Part shown: piece by piece, positions 36,235 through 46,733 of the stretch | Position numbering within the stretch: position 1 is the first letter of the stretch | Layout of the letters: the number at the start of each line of letters is the position of its first letter | NCBI GenBank assembly: GCA_040390725.1 | Contig: JAZJXT010000005.1 | Span: 13,301-77,300, forward strand | Direction: 5' to 3' | Source: Patescibacteria group bacterium | GTDB taxonomy: Bacteria; Patescibacteriota; Minisyncoccia; Phycocordibacterales; UBA9973 | DNA length: 64,000 nt | The notes under the pieces: generated by a model | What the model saw: only the letters and a program-made list of their open reading frames with translations | Told to the model about the DNA's origin: nothing | The model's database searches: none | Program-made: the position numbers and the translations under genes

Positions 36235-38691
36235 ATGGCTTTATTTAGTAAAATATTCGGAGACGTGAGTTCAAAGTTCATAAATAGCACCAAGGAAACA
36301 GTGACCAAGATCAATGCTTTAGAAGCTGATATTTTAAAGCTTTCGGACGATAATTTTCCAAAGAAAACTCAAGAATTAAAGGATAGATTAGCTAAGGGGG
36401 AAACATTAGATGGCATATTGCCTGAGGCTTTTGCTTTGGTTCGTGAGGCCGCTAGGCGGAATTTGGGCGAGAGGCATTATGATGTTCAGCTTATCGGAGG
36501 TTTGGCATTACATAAAGGTAAAATTTCTGAAATGAAAACAGGAGAAGGCAAGACTTTGGTGGCTACCTTGCCGGCGTATTTAAATGCTTTGTCTGGAAAT
36601 GGTGTACACATAATTACTGTGAATGATTATTTGGCGCGTCGTGATGCTGTGCTCATGGGACAGGTTTATAATTTCTTAGGTCTTTCTGTTGGAATTATAA
36701 ATTCACAAAATGTTTCTTATTTATATGATGCGACTCATAAAGAAGAAGATGAAGAACGTGACACTGTCGGCGAATTTAAAATAGTTTATGATTTTTTGAA
36801 ACCTTGCTCCCGCAGGGATGCGTATGCCGCGGATATTACTTATGGCACGAACCACGAATATGGTTTTGATTATTTGCGTGATAATCTAGCTACATCTCTG
36901 GGTGGCTTAGTGCAAAGGGGGCACAATTTCGCAATCGTTGATGAAGTGGATTCTATTTTAATAGATGAGGCGCGTACGCCTTTGATTATTTCTTCTGCTT
37001 CCGGAGATTCTGAAGATTTTTATATAAAATTTTATCAAATTGCAAAACAAATGAAGCGTGATGTTGACTTTAAAGTTGATGAAAAATTAAAAGCTATAAC
37101 TTTGACCGATGAAGGCATCACCAAAGCTGAAAATCTTCTCGGTGTAGGAAATATTTATACAGAGAAGGGAATAAAATATGTTCACCATTTGGAAACTGCC
37201 GTAAAAGCGCAAGCCATTTTCGAGCGTGATAAAGATTATGTCGTTAAAGAAGGTGAAGTAATAATAGTTGATCCGTTTACCGGACGCTTGCAACCCGGCA
37301 GACGTTGGTCAGAAGGCATACACCAAGCCATCGAAGCCAAAGAAGGAGTGAAAATAGAAAAAGAAACGAGGTCATCCGGCTCGATTACTTTTCAAAATTA
37401 CTTTAGATTTTATAAAAAGCTTTCTGGCATGACGGGAACAGCTGATACTTCTTCGGAAGAATTTTTCAAAGTTTATGGTTTGGAAGTTATCATTGTACCG
37501 ACTAATCGCCCTGTGGCGCGTTTGGATCATTCTGATTTAATTTTCCAAACAGAAAAAGGCAAACTGCAGGCTATCGCTAAAAAAGTAAAAGAAATAAATA
37601 AAAAAGGTCAGCCTGTTTTGATAGGTACTATATCTATCGAGAAAAATGAAATGCTTTCCGTTTATTTGAGGCAAGAAGGAGTGCCCCATACTATTTTAAA
37701 CGCAAAGAATCATGAAAAAGAAGGGGAGATAATAGCTCAAGCCGGAAAAAAGGGCGCAGTGACTATCGCCACAAACATGGCTGGCCGTGGAATAGATATC
37801 AAGCTTGGTGGCAATCCATACTCAGCTGAAGAACATGAAATTGTAAAAAATGCTGGTGGACTTTTTGTCATGGGTACTGAAAGGCACGAAGCAAGAAGAA
37901 TCGACAATCAGCTCCGCGGACGCTCCGGAAGACAAGGCGACCCGGGTGAGACGCAGTTTTTTGTTTCCTTGGAAGATGATTTGCTCCGAGTTTTCGGAGC
38001 GGAGAGAATAAAAGGAATGATGGGGCGTTTTGGAATTCCTGAAGATCAGCCTATTGAAAACAGATTTATCGGCAGTGCTTTGGAAAGCGCTCAGACGAAA
38101 ATAGAAGGTTTTCATTTTGATTCGCGTAAACATACTTTGGAATACGATGATGTGATGAATCATCAAAGGCAAGCTATTTATGAACGCCGTCAGAAAATGT
38201 TGCAGAGTAAAAAAGAAGAAATCGAAAGCCTATTGAAAGAAATCACCGAAAATACTGAAAACGAGGAAAAATTAAAAAAAGTTATAGAAGATAAAAAGGC
38301 GAAACTTGGTGATGAAAATTTTTACGAAACAGTCCGACGTATTGCGCTTTATACTACTGATGCATTATGGATGGAGCACTTGGAGGCGATGGATTATTTG
38401 CGTTCATCGGTAAACCTGCGCGCCTATGGTCAACGCGAGCCTATAGTAGAGTACAAAAAAGAAGGGTTAATAATGTTTAAAGAAATGGAGCAAAATTTCA
38501 AGCAACAAGTTCTTTCATTGATTGAAACTATAAATGAACCTGCATCTCCGCAAACACCAGAACCACAAGAAATTTTAATAGAAAATCACAATGAACCATC
38601 CGAATTTTCCGACACTCAAAAAGAAGTCGGCCGAAATGACCTTTGCCCATGTGGCTCTGGCAAAAAATTTAAAAAGTGTCATGGGGTGTAG
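36235..38691 (+). CDS. secA: Preprotein translocase ATPase SecA
   Basis: MKTGEGKT, DEVDSILIDEARTPLIIS, NMAGRG, QLRGRSGRQGDPG, SEC-C tail GRNDLCPCGSGKKFKKCHG; true start MALFSKIFGD. Confidence 0.97.
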   Translation: MALFSKIFGDVSSKFINSTKETVTKINALEADILKLSDDNFPKKTQELKDRLAKGETLDGILPEAFALVREAARRNLGERHYDVQLIGGLALHKGKISEMKTGEGKTLVATLPAYLNALSGNGVHIITVNDYLARRDAVLMGQVYNFLGLSVGIINSQNVSYLYDATHKEEDEERDTVGEFKIVYDFLKPCSRRDAYAADITYGTNHEYGFDYLRDNLATSLGGLVQRGHNFAIVDEVDSILIDEARTPLIISSASGDSEDFYIKFYQIAKQMKRDVDFKVDEKLKAITLTDEGITKAENLLGVGNIYTEKGIKYVHHLETAVKAQAIFERDKDYVVKEGEVIIVDPFTGRLQPGRRWSEGIHQAIEAKEGVKIEKETRSSGSITFQNYFRFYKKLSGMTGTADTSSEEFFKVYGLEVIIVPTNRPVARLDHSDLIFQTEKGKLQAIAKKVKEINKKGQPVLIGTISIEKNEMLSVYLRQEGVPHTILNAKNHEKEGEIIAQAGKKGAVTIATNMAGRGIDIKLGGNPYSAEEHEIVKNAGGLFVMGTERHEARRIDNQLRGRSGRQGDPGETQFFVSLEDDLLRVFGAERIKGMMGRFGIPEDQPIENRFIGSALESAQTKIEGFHFDSRKHTLEYDDVMNHQRQAIYERRQKMLQSKKEEIESLLKEITENTENEEKLKKVIEDKKAKLGDENFYETVRRIALYTTDALWMEHLEAMDYLRSSVNLRAYGQREPIVEYKKEGLIMFKEMEQNFKQQVLSLIETINEPASPQTPEPQEILIENHNEPSEFSDTQKEVGRNDLCPCGSGKKFKKCHGV

Positions 38692-38692
38692 T

Positions 38693-39871
38693 ATGAAAAC
38701 TTTCTTAAAAACTTTAAAATTAAAAAGGCGAGGGATTGCATTATTGGCGGGGATGCATTTTTTTGGCAATCCTTCAGCTAAAATGAAGATTGTGGGGGTG
38801 ACGGGCACAAATGGCAAGACGAGCACGGCGACGATGCTTTATAAAGTGGCGACGGAATTGGGTTATAAAGCTGGACTTATCGGCACGGTGGAAAATATAA
38901 TTATTAAAGAAAGAAGACCGGCGGTGATGACAACTCCGGGGCCGATACCTTTACATGAGCTTTTAAATGAAATGAAAAAAAAGGGTTGCGAATATGTTTT
39001 TATGGAAGTTAGCTCACATGCTATAGACCAAGACCGCATAGCGGGGATAAATTTCATCGGCGGGATTTTTACAAATTTAACGCATGACCATTTGGACTAT
39101 CACAAAAGCATGGAGAATTATTTCGGCGCCAAGAAAAAGTTTTTCAAACTTTTATCACCCAGTGCTTTCGCTCTTTCAAATATTGATGATGAATATGGAG
39201 CAAGGATGCTCGAAGGTATAAGAGCGAAAAAGTATACTTTTGGATTTAAAAATAATGCGAACTTTAACGAAAAACTAGAAACAAAATTATTGGGGAATTT
39301 TAACATGTATAATGTATTGGGAGTTTATTCTACGGCAATTTTATTAGGATATGACAAAGGAAAAGTAAAAGAAATTTTAAAAACTATTGATCCGCCGGCC
39401 GGCAGATTTGAATATTTCAAATCTGCCGGCGGAGTTCTCGGAGTCGTAGATTTTGCGCACACCCCCGATGCAGTGGAGAAAATAATTTTGACGGCAAGGG
39501 ATATTGCAAAAAATGGAGAGAAAATAATTTCTGTGCTAGGTTGCGGGGGTGACAGGGATCCGATGAAAAGAAAAGTCATGGGTAAGCTTGGCGCATCTCT
39601 TTCCGATGTAGTAATTTTTACATCTGACAATCCGCGCAGTGAGGAGCCTGAAAAAATAATAGAAGCCATGTGTAGTGATTTATCACAAGACGAAATAAAA
39701 AAAGTTAAAAAAATAATTGACCGAGAAGAAGCAATAAAAGAAGCAGGTAAAATCTCAAAAAGTGGTGATATTATATTATTGCTCGGCAAAGGTCACGAGC
39801 CGTATTTGGAAATAAAAGGCATAAAACATCCTTGGAATGATATGGAGAAATTAAAACAGGTTTTAAGTTAG
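38693..39871 (+). CDS. murE: UDP-MurNAc-tripeptide synthetase (N-terminally short)
   Basis: GVTGTNGKT, MEVSSHA, TNLTHDHLDYH, DFAHTPD, DNPR (meso-DAP-type motif). Confidence 0.92.
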   Translation: MKTFLKTLKLKRRGIALLAGMHFFGNPSAKMKIVGVTGTNGKTSTATMLYKVATELGYKAGLIGTVENIIIKERRPAVMTTPGPIPLHELLNEMKKKGCEYVFMEVSSHAIDQDRIAGINFIGGIFTNLTHDHLDYHKSMENYFGAKKKFFKLLSPSAFALSNIDDEYGARMLEGIRAKKYTFGFKNNANFNEKLETKLLGNFNMYNVLGVYSTAILLGYDKGKVKEILKTIDPPAGRFEYFKSAGGVLGVVDFAHTPDAVEKIILTARDIAKNGEKIISVLGCGGDRDPMKRKVMGKLGASLSDVVIFTSDNPRSEEPEKIIEAMCSDLSQDEIKKVKKIIDREEAIKEAGKISKSGDIILLLGKGHEPYLEIKGIKHPWNDMEKLKQVLS

Positions 39872-39906
39872 CTTTATTCTATTGTTTTTTATGTTAGTAT
39901 AAAAAT

Positions 39907-41232
39907 ATGAGAGATTTTAGGGAGTTTTTTAAGGATAAAAAAGTAACAGTGGTGGGGCTGGGTTTGTTAGGCAAGCGCTTGGGCGATATTGCTTTTTTGG
40001 CTGAATGCGGAGCGAAAGTTTTAGTGACTGACATAAAGCCTTCGACTGCGCTCAGGCCGTCGCTTAAAAAGCTCCGAAAGTATAAAAATATAAAATATGT
40101 TTTAGGTGAGCATCGAATGCAAGATTTTGAAAACTGTGATTTTGTTTTAAAAGGGCAAGGAGTAGCACTTGATTCATCTTATATTTTACATGCTCAAAGA
40201 AAAGGAATTCCCGTAGAAATGGACGAATCATTATTTGCTAAACTAGCGCCGGGCGTAAAAATAATCGGTATTACTGGTACGCGCGGGAAAAGTACCACTA
40301 CTATTTTAATTTATGAAATATTGAAAGCTTCCAGTATACGAGTATTTTTAGGGGGAAACATAAAAGGTACAGCCGCGTTGCCTCTTTTAAAGAAAGTAAA
40401 AATGGGGGACGCTGTTGTATTTGAGCTTTCTTCTTGGCAACTACAGGGCTTTGGTGAGGCAAAAATTTCTCCGGATATTTCTGTGTTTACGAATTTTATG
40501 CCTGACCATATGAATTATTATAAAAATGATTTAAAACAGTATTTTAAAGATAAAGCTTATATTTATAAATTTCAAAAATCTGATGATGTGCTTGTTTTAG
40601 GTAAGGGCATAAAGAATATGGTTAAAGATGTCAAAAGCAAAAAGGTGTATGCAAGCATAAAAGATATTCCTAAAAATTGGAAAATAAAATTACTTGGTAA
40701 GCATAATTTGGAAAATATTGCTTGTGCTGTGGCCGTCGCTCGTTCACTTAAAATTCCTGAAAAAATAATTAAAAAAACAGTGGAGAATTTTAAAGGAGTA
40801 GAGGGCAGAATGGAATTAGTTACAACAGTTAAGGGTGTAAAAATATACAATGATACAAATTCATGCACACCCGAAGCCACTTCTGTGGCACTGCAGGCCC
40901 TGGGTAGTAAAAAGAAAAATATCGTACTTCTTATGGGGGGTTCTGATAAGAATCTTGATTTTAAGGATTTGTTGAAAGATATAAAAAAATATGTAAAAGC
41001 TGTTGTACTCATACCTGGAAATGGAACAAATAGAATTATGAGTGATTTGAAAAAGACCGGAGTACGGATTTACCAGAAAAATGATTTAAAGGAAGTCGTG
41101 TCTCATCATCAAGAAATAACTAAAAAAGGGGATATTGTGTTGTTTAGTCCGGCATTTACCTCTTTTGGTTTATTTCAGAATGAATATGACAGAGGAGAGA
41201 AGTTTATGAAAATAATAAAAAGGCTAAAGTAG
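39907..41232 (+). CDS. murD: UDP-MurNAc-L-Ala--D-Glu ligase
   Basis: GITGTRGKST, GGNI, ELSSWQL, PDHMNYY, FSPA, RGEKF. Confidence 0.92.
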   Translation: MRDFREFFKDKKVTVVGLGLLGKRLGDIAFLAECGAKVLVTDIKPSTALRPSLKKLRKYKNIKYVLGEHRMQDFENCDFVLKGQGVALDSSYILHAQRKGIPVEMDESLFAKLAPGVKIIGITGTRGKSTTTILIYEILKASSIRVFLGGNIKGTAALPLLKKVKMGDAVVFELSSWQLQGFGEAKISPDISVFTNFMPDHMNYYKNDLKQYFKDKAYIYKFQKSDDVLVLGKGIKNMVKDVKSKKVYASIKDIPKNWKIKLLGKHNLENIACAVAVARSLKIPEKIIKKTVENFKGVEGRMELVTTVKGVKIYNDTNSCTPEATSVALQALGSKKKNIVLLMGGSDKNLDFKDLLKDIKKYVKAVVLIPGNGTNRIMSDLKKTGVRIYQKNDLKEVVSHHQEITKKGDIVLFSPAFTSFGLFQNEYDRGEKFMKIIKRLK

Positions 41233-41246
41233 TTATAGGAAATAAT

Positions 41247-42497
41247 ATGGAAACAGATTTAACAAAAATTAAAAAAGTATTTTTTATCGGCATAGGCGGT
41301 ATTGGTATTTCAGCATTAGCAAAGATGCTTATGTCTCGCGGTATTGAAGTGCTCGGCATGAATGATGAAGAAAGTCTGAAAACTATTGAGCCATTGCGCG
41401 ATGCCGGAGCAATTATTTTTTATAGTGGCGAGCTGAAAGAATTACCGGATGCGGATATGTATATTTACAGCGATGCTTGGATACATCGCGGTCCGGAAAT
41501 TATCGAAGATGCAAAGACTAGGGGCAAGCCAGTATTGAGTTACTTCGAAGCTCTTGGATTGTTTGCAAAAGAATACAAAGTGATAGCAATATCTGGGACT
41601 CACGGTAAGACTACAACGACGGCAATGGTGGCGGAGATTTTAATTGATGCCGGGCTTGATCCGACTGTTATAGTTGGTTCTTTTGTAAAAAAGTTTGGTT
41701 CTAACTTTAGAAATGGCAAAAGCAAATATTTAGTGGTAGAGGCTGATGAGTACAATAGGCACTTTTTGCAGTTTAATCCGTATATAGGTGTTGTTACAAA
41801 TATCGAGGCAGATCATTTGGATTGTTATAAAGATTTGGCGGATATACAGAATGCTTTTGATCAATTTTTGTCGCAAAGTGAGAATAAAGTTTTAGATTAT
41901 CAGAAATATTTGAATAAAGTGCCAGAGCTTTCGGTTCCGGGCTTGCACAATAGACAAAATGCCGCGGCAGCCTTGGCTGTGGCGGATATTTTGGGGATAG
42001 AGGAGGAAGTAACCCGAAAATCCTTGGCAGGATTTTCGGGCACCTGGCGCCGACTCGAGAAAAAAGGGGAAACAGCTGGAGGAACTATTATTTACGACGA
42101 TTATGCCCATCACCCGACGGAAATCATAGCCAGTATCGAGGCTTTGCGTGAACTTTACCCAAAAGATACAAAAAAGCTAACAATACTTTTCCAACCTCAC
42201 CTTTACAGCCGGACTAAAGCTTTTTTTAATGATTTTGCTAAAAGTTTTGCTGGAGCTGACCAAGTTTTACTTTTACCTATTTATTTTGCCAGAGAAAATC
42301 CTGATCCAAGTGTCTCAAGTGATCTATTGGCGGAGGCAGTTTTTAAAAATGGGGTGTCGTCCGCTATGTCTTTTCCTAATTTTGATTCAGCCGAAGGCTA
42401 TGTAGGGGGGTTAAGTCTGGGAGCAAATGACATTTTTGTGACGATGGGAGCGGGGGAAGCCTACAAAGTGGCTGATAAAATTTTTAAAACTGTCTAA
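41247..42497 (+). CDS. murC: UDP-MurNAc--L-Ala ligase
   Basis: FIGIGGIGISA, GTHGKTTT, EADE, DDYAHHPTE, FQPHLYSRT, MGAG. Confidence 0.95.
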   Translation: METDLTKIKKVFFIGIGGIGISALAKMLMSRGIEVLGMNDEESLKTIEPLRDAGAIIFYSGELKELPDADMYIYSDAWIHRGPEIIEDAKTRGKPVLSYFEALGLFAKEYKVIAISGTHGKTTTTAMVAEILIDAGLDPTVIVGSFVKKFGSNFRNGKSKYLVVEADEYNRHFLQFNPYIGVVTNIEADHLDCYKDLADIQNAFDQFLSQSENKVLDYQKYLNKVPELSVPGLHNRQNAAAALAVADILGIEEEVTRKSLAGFSGTWRRLEKKGETAGGTIIYDDYAHHPTEIIASIEALRELYPKDTKKLTILFQPHLYSRTKAFFNDFAKSFAGADQVLLLPIYFARENPDPSVSSDLLAEAVFKNGVSSAMSFPNFDSAEGYVGGLSLGANDIFVTMGAGEAYKVADKIFKTV

Positions 42498-42620
42498 ATT
42501 TTGTCCACAACTCAATTATTACACTAATTTTACAGATTTTTGTCAAACAGGTATGTCAAAAATATCCTTATTTAACAACATATTTTACGTTTGACATATC
42601 AAAAAATTGTTGTTTAGCTA

Positions 42621-42649
42621 TTGACTTTTATATTGGAAAATGATAGGAT
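42621..42649 (+). promoter_or_regulatory. Sigma70 promoter followed by a ~100-nt structured leader
   Basis: TTGACT-17 bp-TAGGAT with TG extension. Confidence 0.6.
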
Positions 42650-42758
42650 ATACGTACATCCTTGATATAGGCTGCAAAGCTTATTGATAAGGATTTTTTA
42701 CTTTAAGTCAGCTTAGTTGCCATGGCTTACGGAGTTAGCGGAGCAAAACCGCCAGATT

Positions 42759-43382
42759 ATGCAAAAGAATAAATTAATACTATCCCTGGAGGCATTTGCT
42801 ATGTTCCCAATGCTGGTATCCATGCCATTCGGTAGCTTACCGAAAACTGACATGTATATCACTCCACAGGTTGTATTATCACAACAACAGAATATAGAGG
42901 CCAATGGTCTTTTCGCTTTTAACCAAGTAGAAGATCAAAAAGCCCAAAATCTTAAACTTCAAGCTGATGCCATTGATGCGTATTTTGCGGGTAGAAATTC
43001 TCCACTCGAAGGCTTAGGTATGAAAATGGCCCAAGAGGCAGATGAAAATGGTATAGACTGGCGTCTTTTGCCGGCGATAGCTACTCGTGAGTCTAATGCT
43101 GGACTAATGGTATGTAAAAAATTTAAATTTAATTTTTTTGGTTGGGCATCTTGTCATGTGGGTTTTGATTCAAATGAAGAAGCCATAGAAGTGGTGGCTC
43201 GTAATTTGGGCGGTAATAACCCAAAAACAGCTCATCATTATGACGGCAAGACAACTTTTCAAATATTGCAAAAATATAATCCTCCTTCAATTGTTCCACA
43301 TTATGCACAGCAAGTTATGAAAATAATGGATCAAATAGGGGATATTGACTTAGGCTCAGCAGATAAAAGTGCTAATGCGTAA
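42759..43382 (+). CDS. Secreted lysozyme-fold (glucosaminidase-like) cell-wall hydrolase
   Basis: Signal-like N-terminus; IDWRLLPAIATRES, NFFGW, KYNPP. Confidence 0.7.
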   Translation: MQKNKLILSLEAFAMFPMLVSMPFGSLPKTDMYITPQVVLSQQQNIEANGLFAFNQVEDQKAQNLKLQADAIDAYFAGRNSPLEGLGMKMAQEADENGIDWRLLPAIATRESNAGLMVCKKFKFNFFGWASCHVGFDSNEEAIEVVARNLGGNNPKTAHHYDGKTTFQILQKYNPPSIVPHYAQQVMKIMDQIGDIDLGSADKSANA

Positions 43383-43401
43383 ATAATATAATTTGCTTTT
43401 T

Positions 43402-46400
43402 TTAAATCTCTTTCACCGCATCTATTGCAATACTTTTTTCGCCATTGCGGACGGAGACTTTGCCGGAGAGGGCGATGCATTTTTCGGCGACGAGGATGTC
43501 TATGGAACTGCTGAAAGTGGAAGGGAATACTACAGCTTCAATGGTGCCGGTTAGGTCAGAAATTTTTAAGAATGCCATGCGTTCATTTTTTTTCGTTATG
43601 ACTTGGCGGACTGTTTCTATAATGCCTCCTATTTTTACAGGTGTGCCATTTTTTCCTTCCTCAATTATTTTTTTAATATTCATTTCTTTTTTCTCTAGTT
43701 TTTCGCGCAGTCTATCGAGTGGATGTCCGGAAATATAAAGTCCTAATAGTTCTTTTTCCCAAAGCAGTTTTTCTGTCTGCGTCGCCGGAGTTCCATCCCG
43801 TAATTTGAAAGATGGCGCAGAAGTAGTCGGCAGTGCTCCGAAAAGTGAAATCTGATTTGCATTTTGTTTGGAGCTTTCTTTATTGTATTCGAGCATGTTT
43901 TCCAAATTAAAAAGAAGAGTTCCGCGGTCGCTGAATTCATCCATCGAGCCGGACTTTATCAAAGCTTCCATTGATTTTTTATTTAAATTTTTATGTTTTA
44001 TTCTATCCAAGAAATCGCTGATATTTTTAAATTCACCATTAGCTTTGCGTTCAGAAATTATTGCATCTGAGATATCCGTGCCGAGGTTTTTAATTGTATA
44101 AAATCCAAATCTGATATCTCTAGACACCATAGAGGCCGAACCTCCAAGGGGAGGTTCGGCCTCGGAAGGAACTCGAATAACAGTAAATCCGCCATAACTT
44201 TCATTTATATTCGGCGGAAGCACGGGGATTTTCATATTCTTACATTCATTGATTATTTCAGAAATTTTTTCCACATCGCCGGATTCTGCCGTCAAAATAG
44301 CGGTCATGTATTCCACCGGATAATTCGCTTTCATATACGCCGTCTGATATGCGACTTTTCCATAACTCGCCGCGTGTGCTTTGTTGAATCCATAAGCCTG
44401 AAAAGGTTCGAAAAGTTTCCACAATTCTTCAGCGAATTTTTTTGTCTGTCCATTTGCTACTATTCCATCAGTGAATTTTTTATGCTGTGCGGCCATTTCC
44501 GCAGGAATTTTTTTACCCACAGCCTTGCGGAATTTATCGGCTTCCTCCCAGTTATACCCGGCCATTTCGAGCGCACAGAAGAGCAGGTCGTCTTGGTAAA
44601 CGATGAGTCCATATGATTCCGTCAAGAATTTTTTCATTCGCGGGTCCAAATATTTTACCAGCTTTGGGTTATGTTTTCTTTTTATATATTCGGGAATTGA
44701 TTCCATCGGACCGGGGCGGTAAAGAGCTACCATTGCATTAATATCATGAATAGATGTGGGTTTTAGTTCTTTTAAATATCTCGTCATTCCTGAGCCGTTT
44801 AGTTGGAAAAGTCCTTCTGTTTGTCCGCTCGCCAAAAGTGCAAAAGTTTTTTTGTCATCAAGGGGAATTTTTTCTATATCAATATTTATATTGTAGAATT
44901 TTTTTACCAAACTTATTGCATCTCCTAAAATTGCCAAGTTCCTTATTCCCAAAAAGTCGAATTTCAAAAGCCCGGCTTCTTCGATACTGTACATGTCGTA
45001 TTGAGTGATTACTTTTCCTCCTTTCGGGTCGAGCTGAACAGGAGTATATTCATATATTGGTTTTGGTGCGATGACGACGCCCGCTGCGTGCACCGAGATG
45101 TGCCGTACGCATCCTTCTATTTTTTTTGCTAAATCAATTATCTCTTTGGTGTCTTTTTCTTTTTCATAAGCTTCTTTGAGTTCTGGTACTATTTTCATAG
45201 CATGGTCTATGGTCATCGGCATTCCTTGTGAGCCGAGTGGAATCATCTTTGAAATTCTATCACCAATACTATATTCATGGCCGAGAGCTCGCGCTACGTC
45301 GCGCACAGAACCTTTTGCCATCATCGTACCAAATGTTCCTATTTGCGCGACCTTGTCTTCGCCATATTTTTTCTTTGCGTACTCGATCATTTCATCGCGT
45401 CTGTTGTCGGCATAGTCCATATCGATGTCCGGCGGGGAAGGACGGAATGGATTTAAGAATCTTTCAAAGGGTAATTTATATTCTATCGGGTTCACATTTG
45501 TAATGCCTATCAAATATGTCACCATCGATCCAGCAACGGAGCCTCGGATAGTCGTCAAAATTCCATTTTCTTTTGCATGTCGTAACAAATCTCCCACCAC
45601 CAAAAAGTACGGCGAATATCCTTTGTCGCAAATAATTTTCAATTCATATTCTACGCGTTCTTTTATTTCCGGAGTTTCTTTTAAGTCAAGCCGAGCAAAT
45701 CCGGCATAAGTTAATTCGCGTAGTTTTTCATTATAAGTTTTCCCCTCCTCGATTTTAAAATCAGGAAATACCCAAGCCCCTAGTGGGATTTCAACATCGC
45801 ACATATCGGCAACTTTTTTTGTATTTGCGACAGCTTCGGGAATATCTTTGAAAATTTCCAATGCTTGTTCTTCGTTGATAAAAGAAAAATCATCTCCGCC
45901 GAAAGTAAATCTGTTTTCATCTTTTAGGTCGGAGTTTGTTTGAATTGCGAGCAATGTCTCGTGCGCTTTATGGTCTTCTCCGCAAGGGTAATGCGAGTCA
46001 AAAGTCGCTACCATAGGGATATCAAATTTCCTGCTCATTTTTATCAATGCTTCACGTACTTCTTTGTCACCTTCTACTGAGGGGTGCTTCATCACTTCCA
46101 AAAAATAATTTTCTTTACCGAAAATATCTTGATGCTCTTTTATTATCATTTCCGCTTTTTCTTCGTTCTTTGCGTAAAGTGCTTGTGAGAGTTCTCCACC
46201 CAGGCAACCGGAGAGCGCGATGACTCCTTCTGAGTACTTTCGCAAAATTTCTTTGTCCATTCTCGGCTTGTAGTAATATCCTTCGAGGTTTGAAAGTGTC
46301 ACCAAGTGAATTAGATTTTTATAACCCTGCAAATTTTTTGCGAGCAATGTCAGGTGGTAGCGTTTATTGTCTATGCCGGGTTCTTTGTCGAGGCGTGAAC

Positions 46401-46620
46401 GTTCGGCGATATATGCCTCGACACCGATGATGGCTTTGATGCCTTCTTTTTTTGCGAGTTTATAAAATTCAATAGCGCCATACATATTACCGTGGTCGGT
46501 GATAGCCATCGCCGGCATTTTGAATTTCTTTGCCAGAGCCACCAAATCCTCGGTCTTTGAAAGCCCATCCAAGAGGGAGTAATGACTATGCGTATGCAAA
46601 TGCACAAAACCTTGTTTCAT
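43402..46620 (-). CDS. dnaE: DNA polymerase III subunit alpha
   Basis: PHP HLHTHSHYSLLDG, RGSVAGS, PDIDMD, KFDFLG, YGFNKAH, C-terminal OB fold. Confidence 0.98.
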   Translation of the reverse strand: MKQGFVHLHTHSHYSLLDGLSKTEDLVALAKKFKMPAMAITDHGNMYGAIEFYKLAKKEGIKAIIGVEAYIAERSRLDKEPGIDNKRYHLTLLAKNLQGYKNLIHLVTLSNLEGYYYKPRMDKEILRKYSEGVIALSGCLGGELSQALYAKNEEKAEMIIKEHQDIFGKENYFLEVMKHPSVEGDKEVREALIKMSRKFDIPMVATFDSHYPCGEDHKAHETLLAIQTNSDLKDENRFTFGGDDFSFINEEQALEIFKDIPEAVANTKKVADMCDVEIPLGAWVFPDFKIEEGKTYNEKLRELTYAGFARLDLKETPEIKERVEYELKIICDKGYSPYFLVVGDLLRHAKENGILTTIRGSVAGSMVTYLIGITNVNPIEYKLPFERFLNPFRPSPPDIDMDYADNRRDEMIEYAKKKYGEDKVAQIGTFGTMMAKGSVRDVARALGHEYSIGDRISKMIPLGSQGMPMTIDHAMKIVPELKEAYEKEKDTKEIIDLAKKIEGCVRHISVHAAGVVIAPKPIYEYTPVQLDPKGGKVITQYDMYSIEEAGLLKFDFLGIRNLAILGDAISLVKKFYNINIDIEKIPLDDKKTFALLASGQTEGLFQLNGSGMTRYLKELKPTSIHDINAMVALYRPGPMESIPEYIKRKHNPKLVKYLDPRMKKFLTESYGLIVYQDDLLFCALEMAGYNWEEADKFRKAVGKKIPAEMAAQHKKFTDGIVANGQTKKFAEELWKLFEPFQAYGFNKAHAASYGKVAYQTAYMKANYPVEYMTAILTAESGDVEKISEIINECKNMKIPVLPPNINESYGGFTVIRVPSEAEPPLGGSASMVSRDIRFGFYTIKNLGTDISDAIISERKANGEFKNISDFLDRIKHKNLNKKSMEALIKSGSMDEFSDRGTLLFNLENMLEYNKESSKQNANQISLFGALPTTSAPSFKLRDGTPATQTEKLLWEKELLGLYISGHPLDRLREKLEKKEMNIKKIIEEGKNGTPVKIGGIIETVRQVITKKNERMAFLKISDLTGTIEAVVFPSTFSSSIDILVAEKCIALSGKVSVRNGEKSIAIDAVKEI

Positions 46621-46733
46621 AACATTATAATAGCATAATTTTAGTAATCTCGAAAAATACTCTCTTGACTTTATGGTACTTTGCTATACCATTAAGATTA
46701 TAAATATCTTTGACATTTTTAACTCCCAATAGT

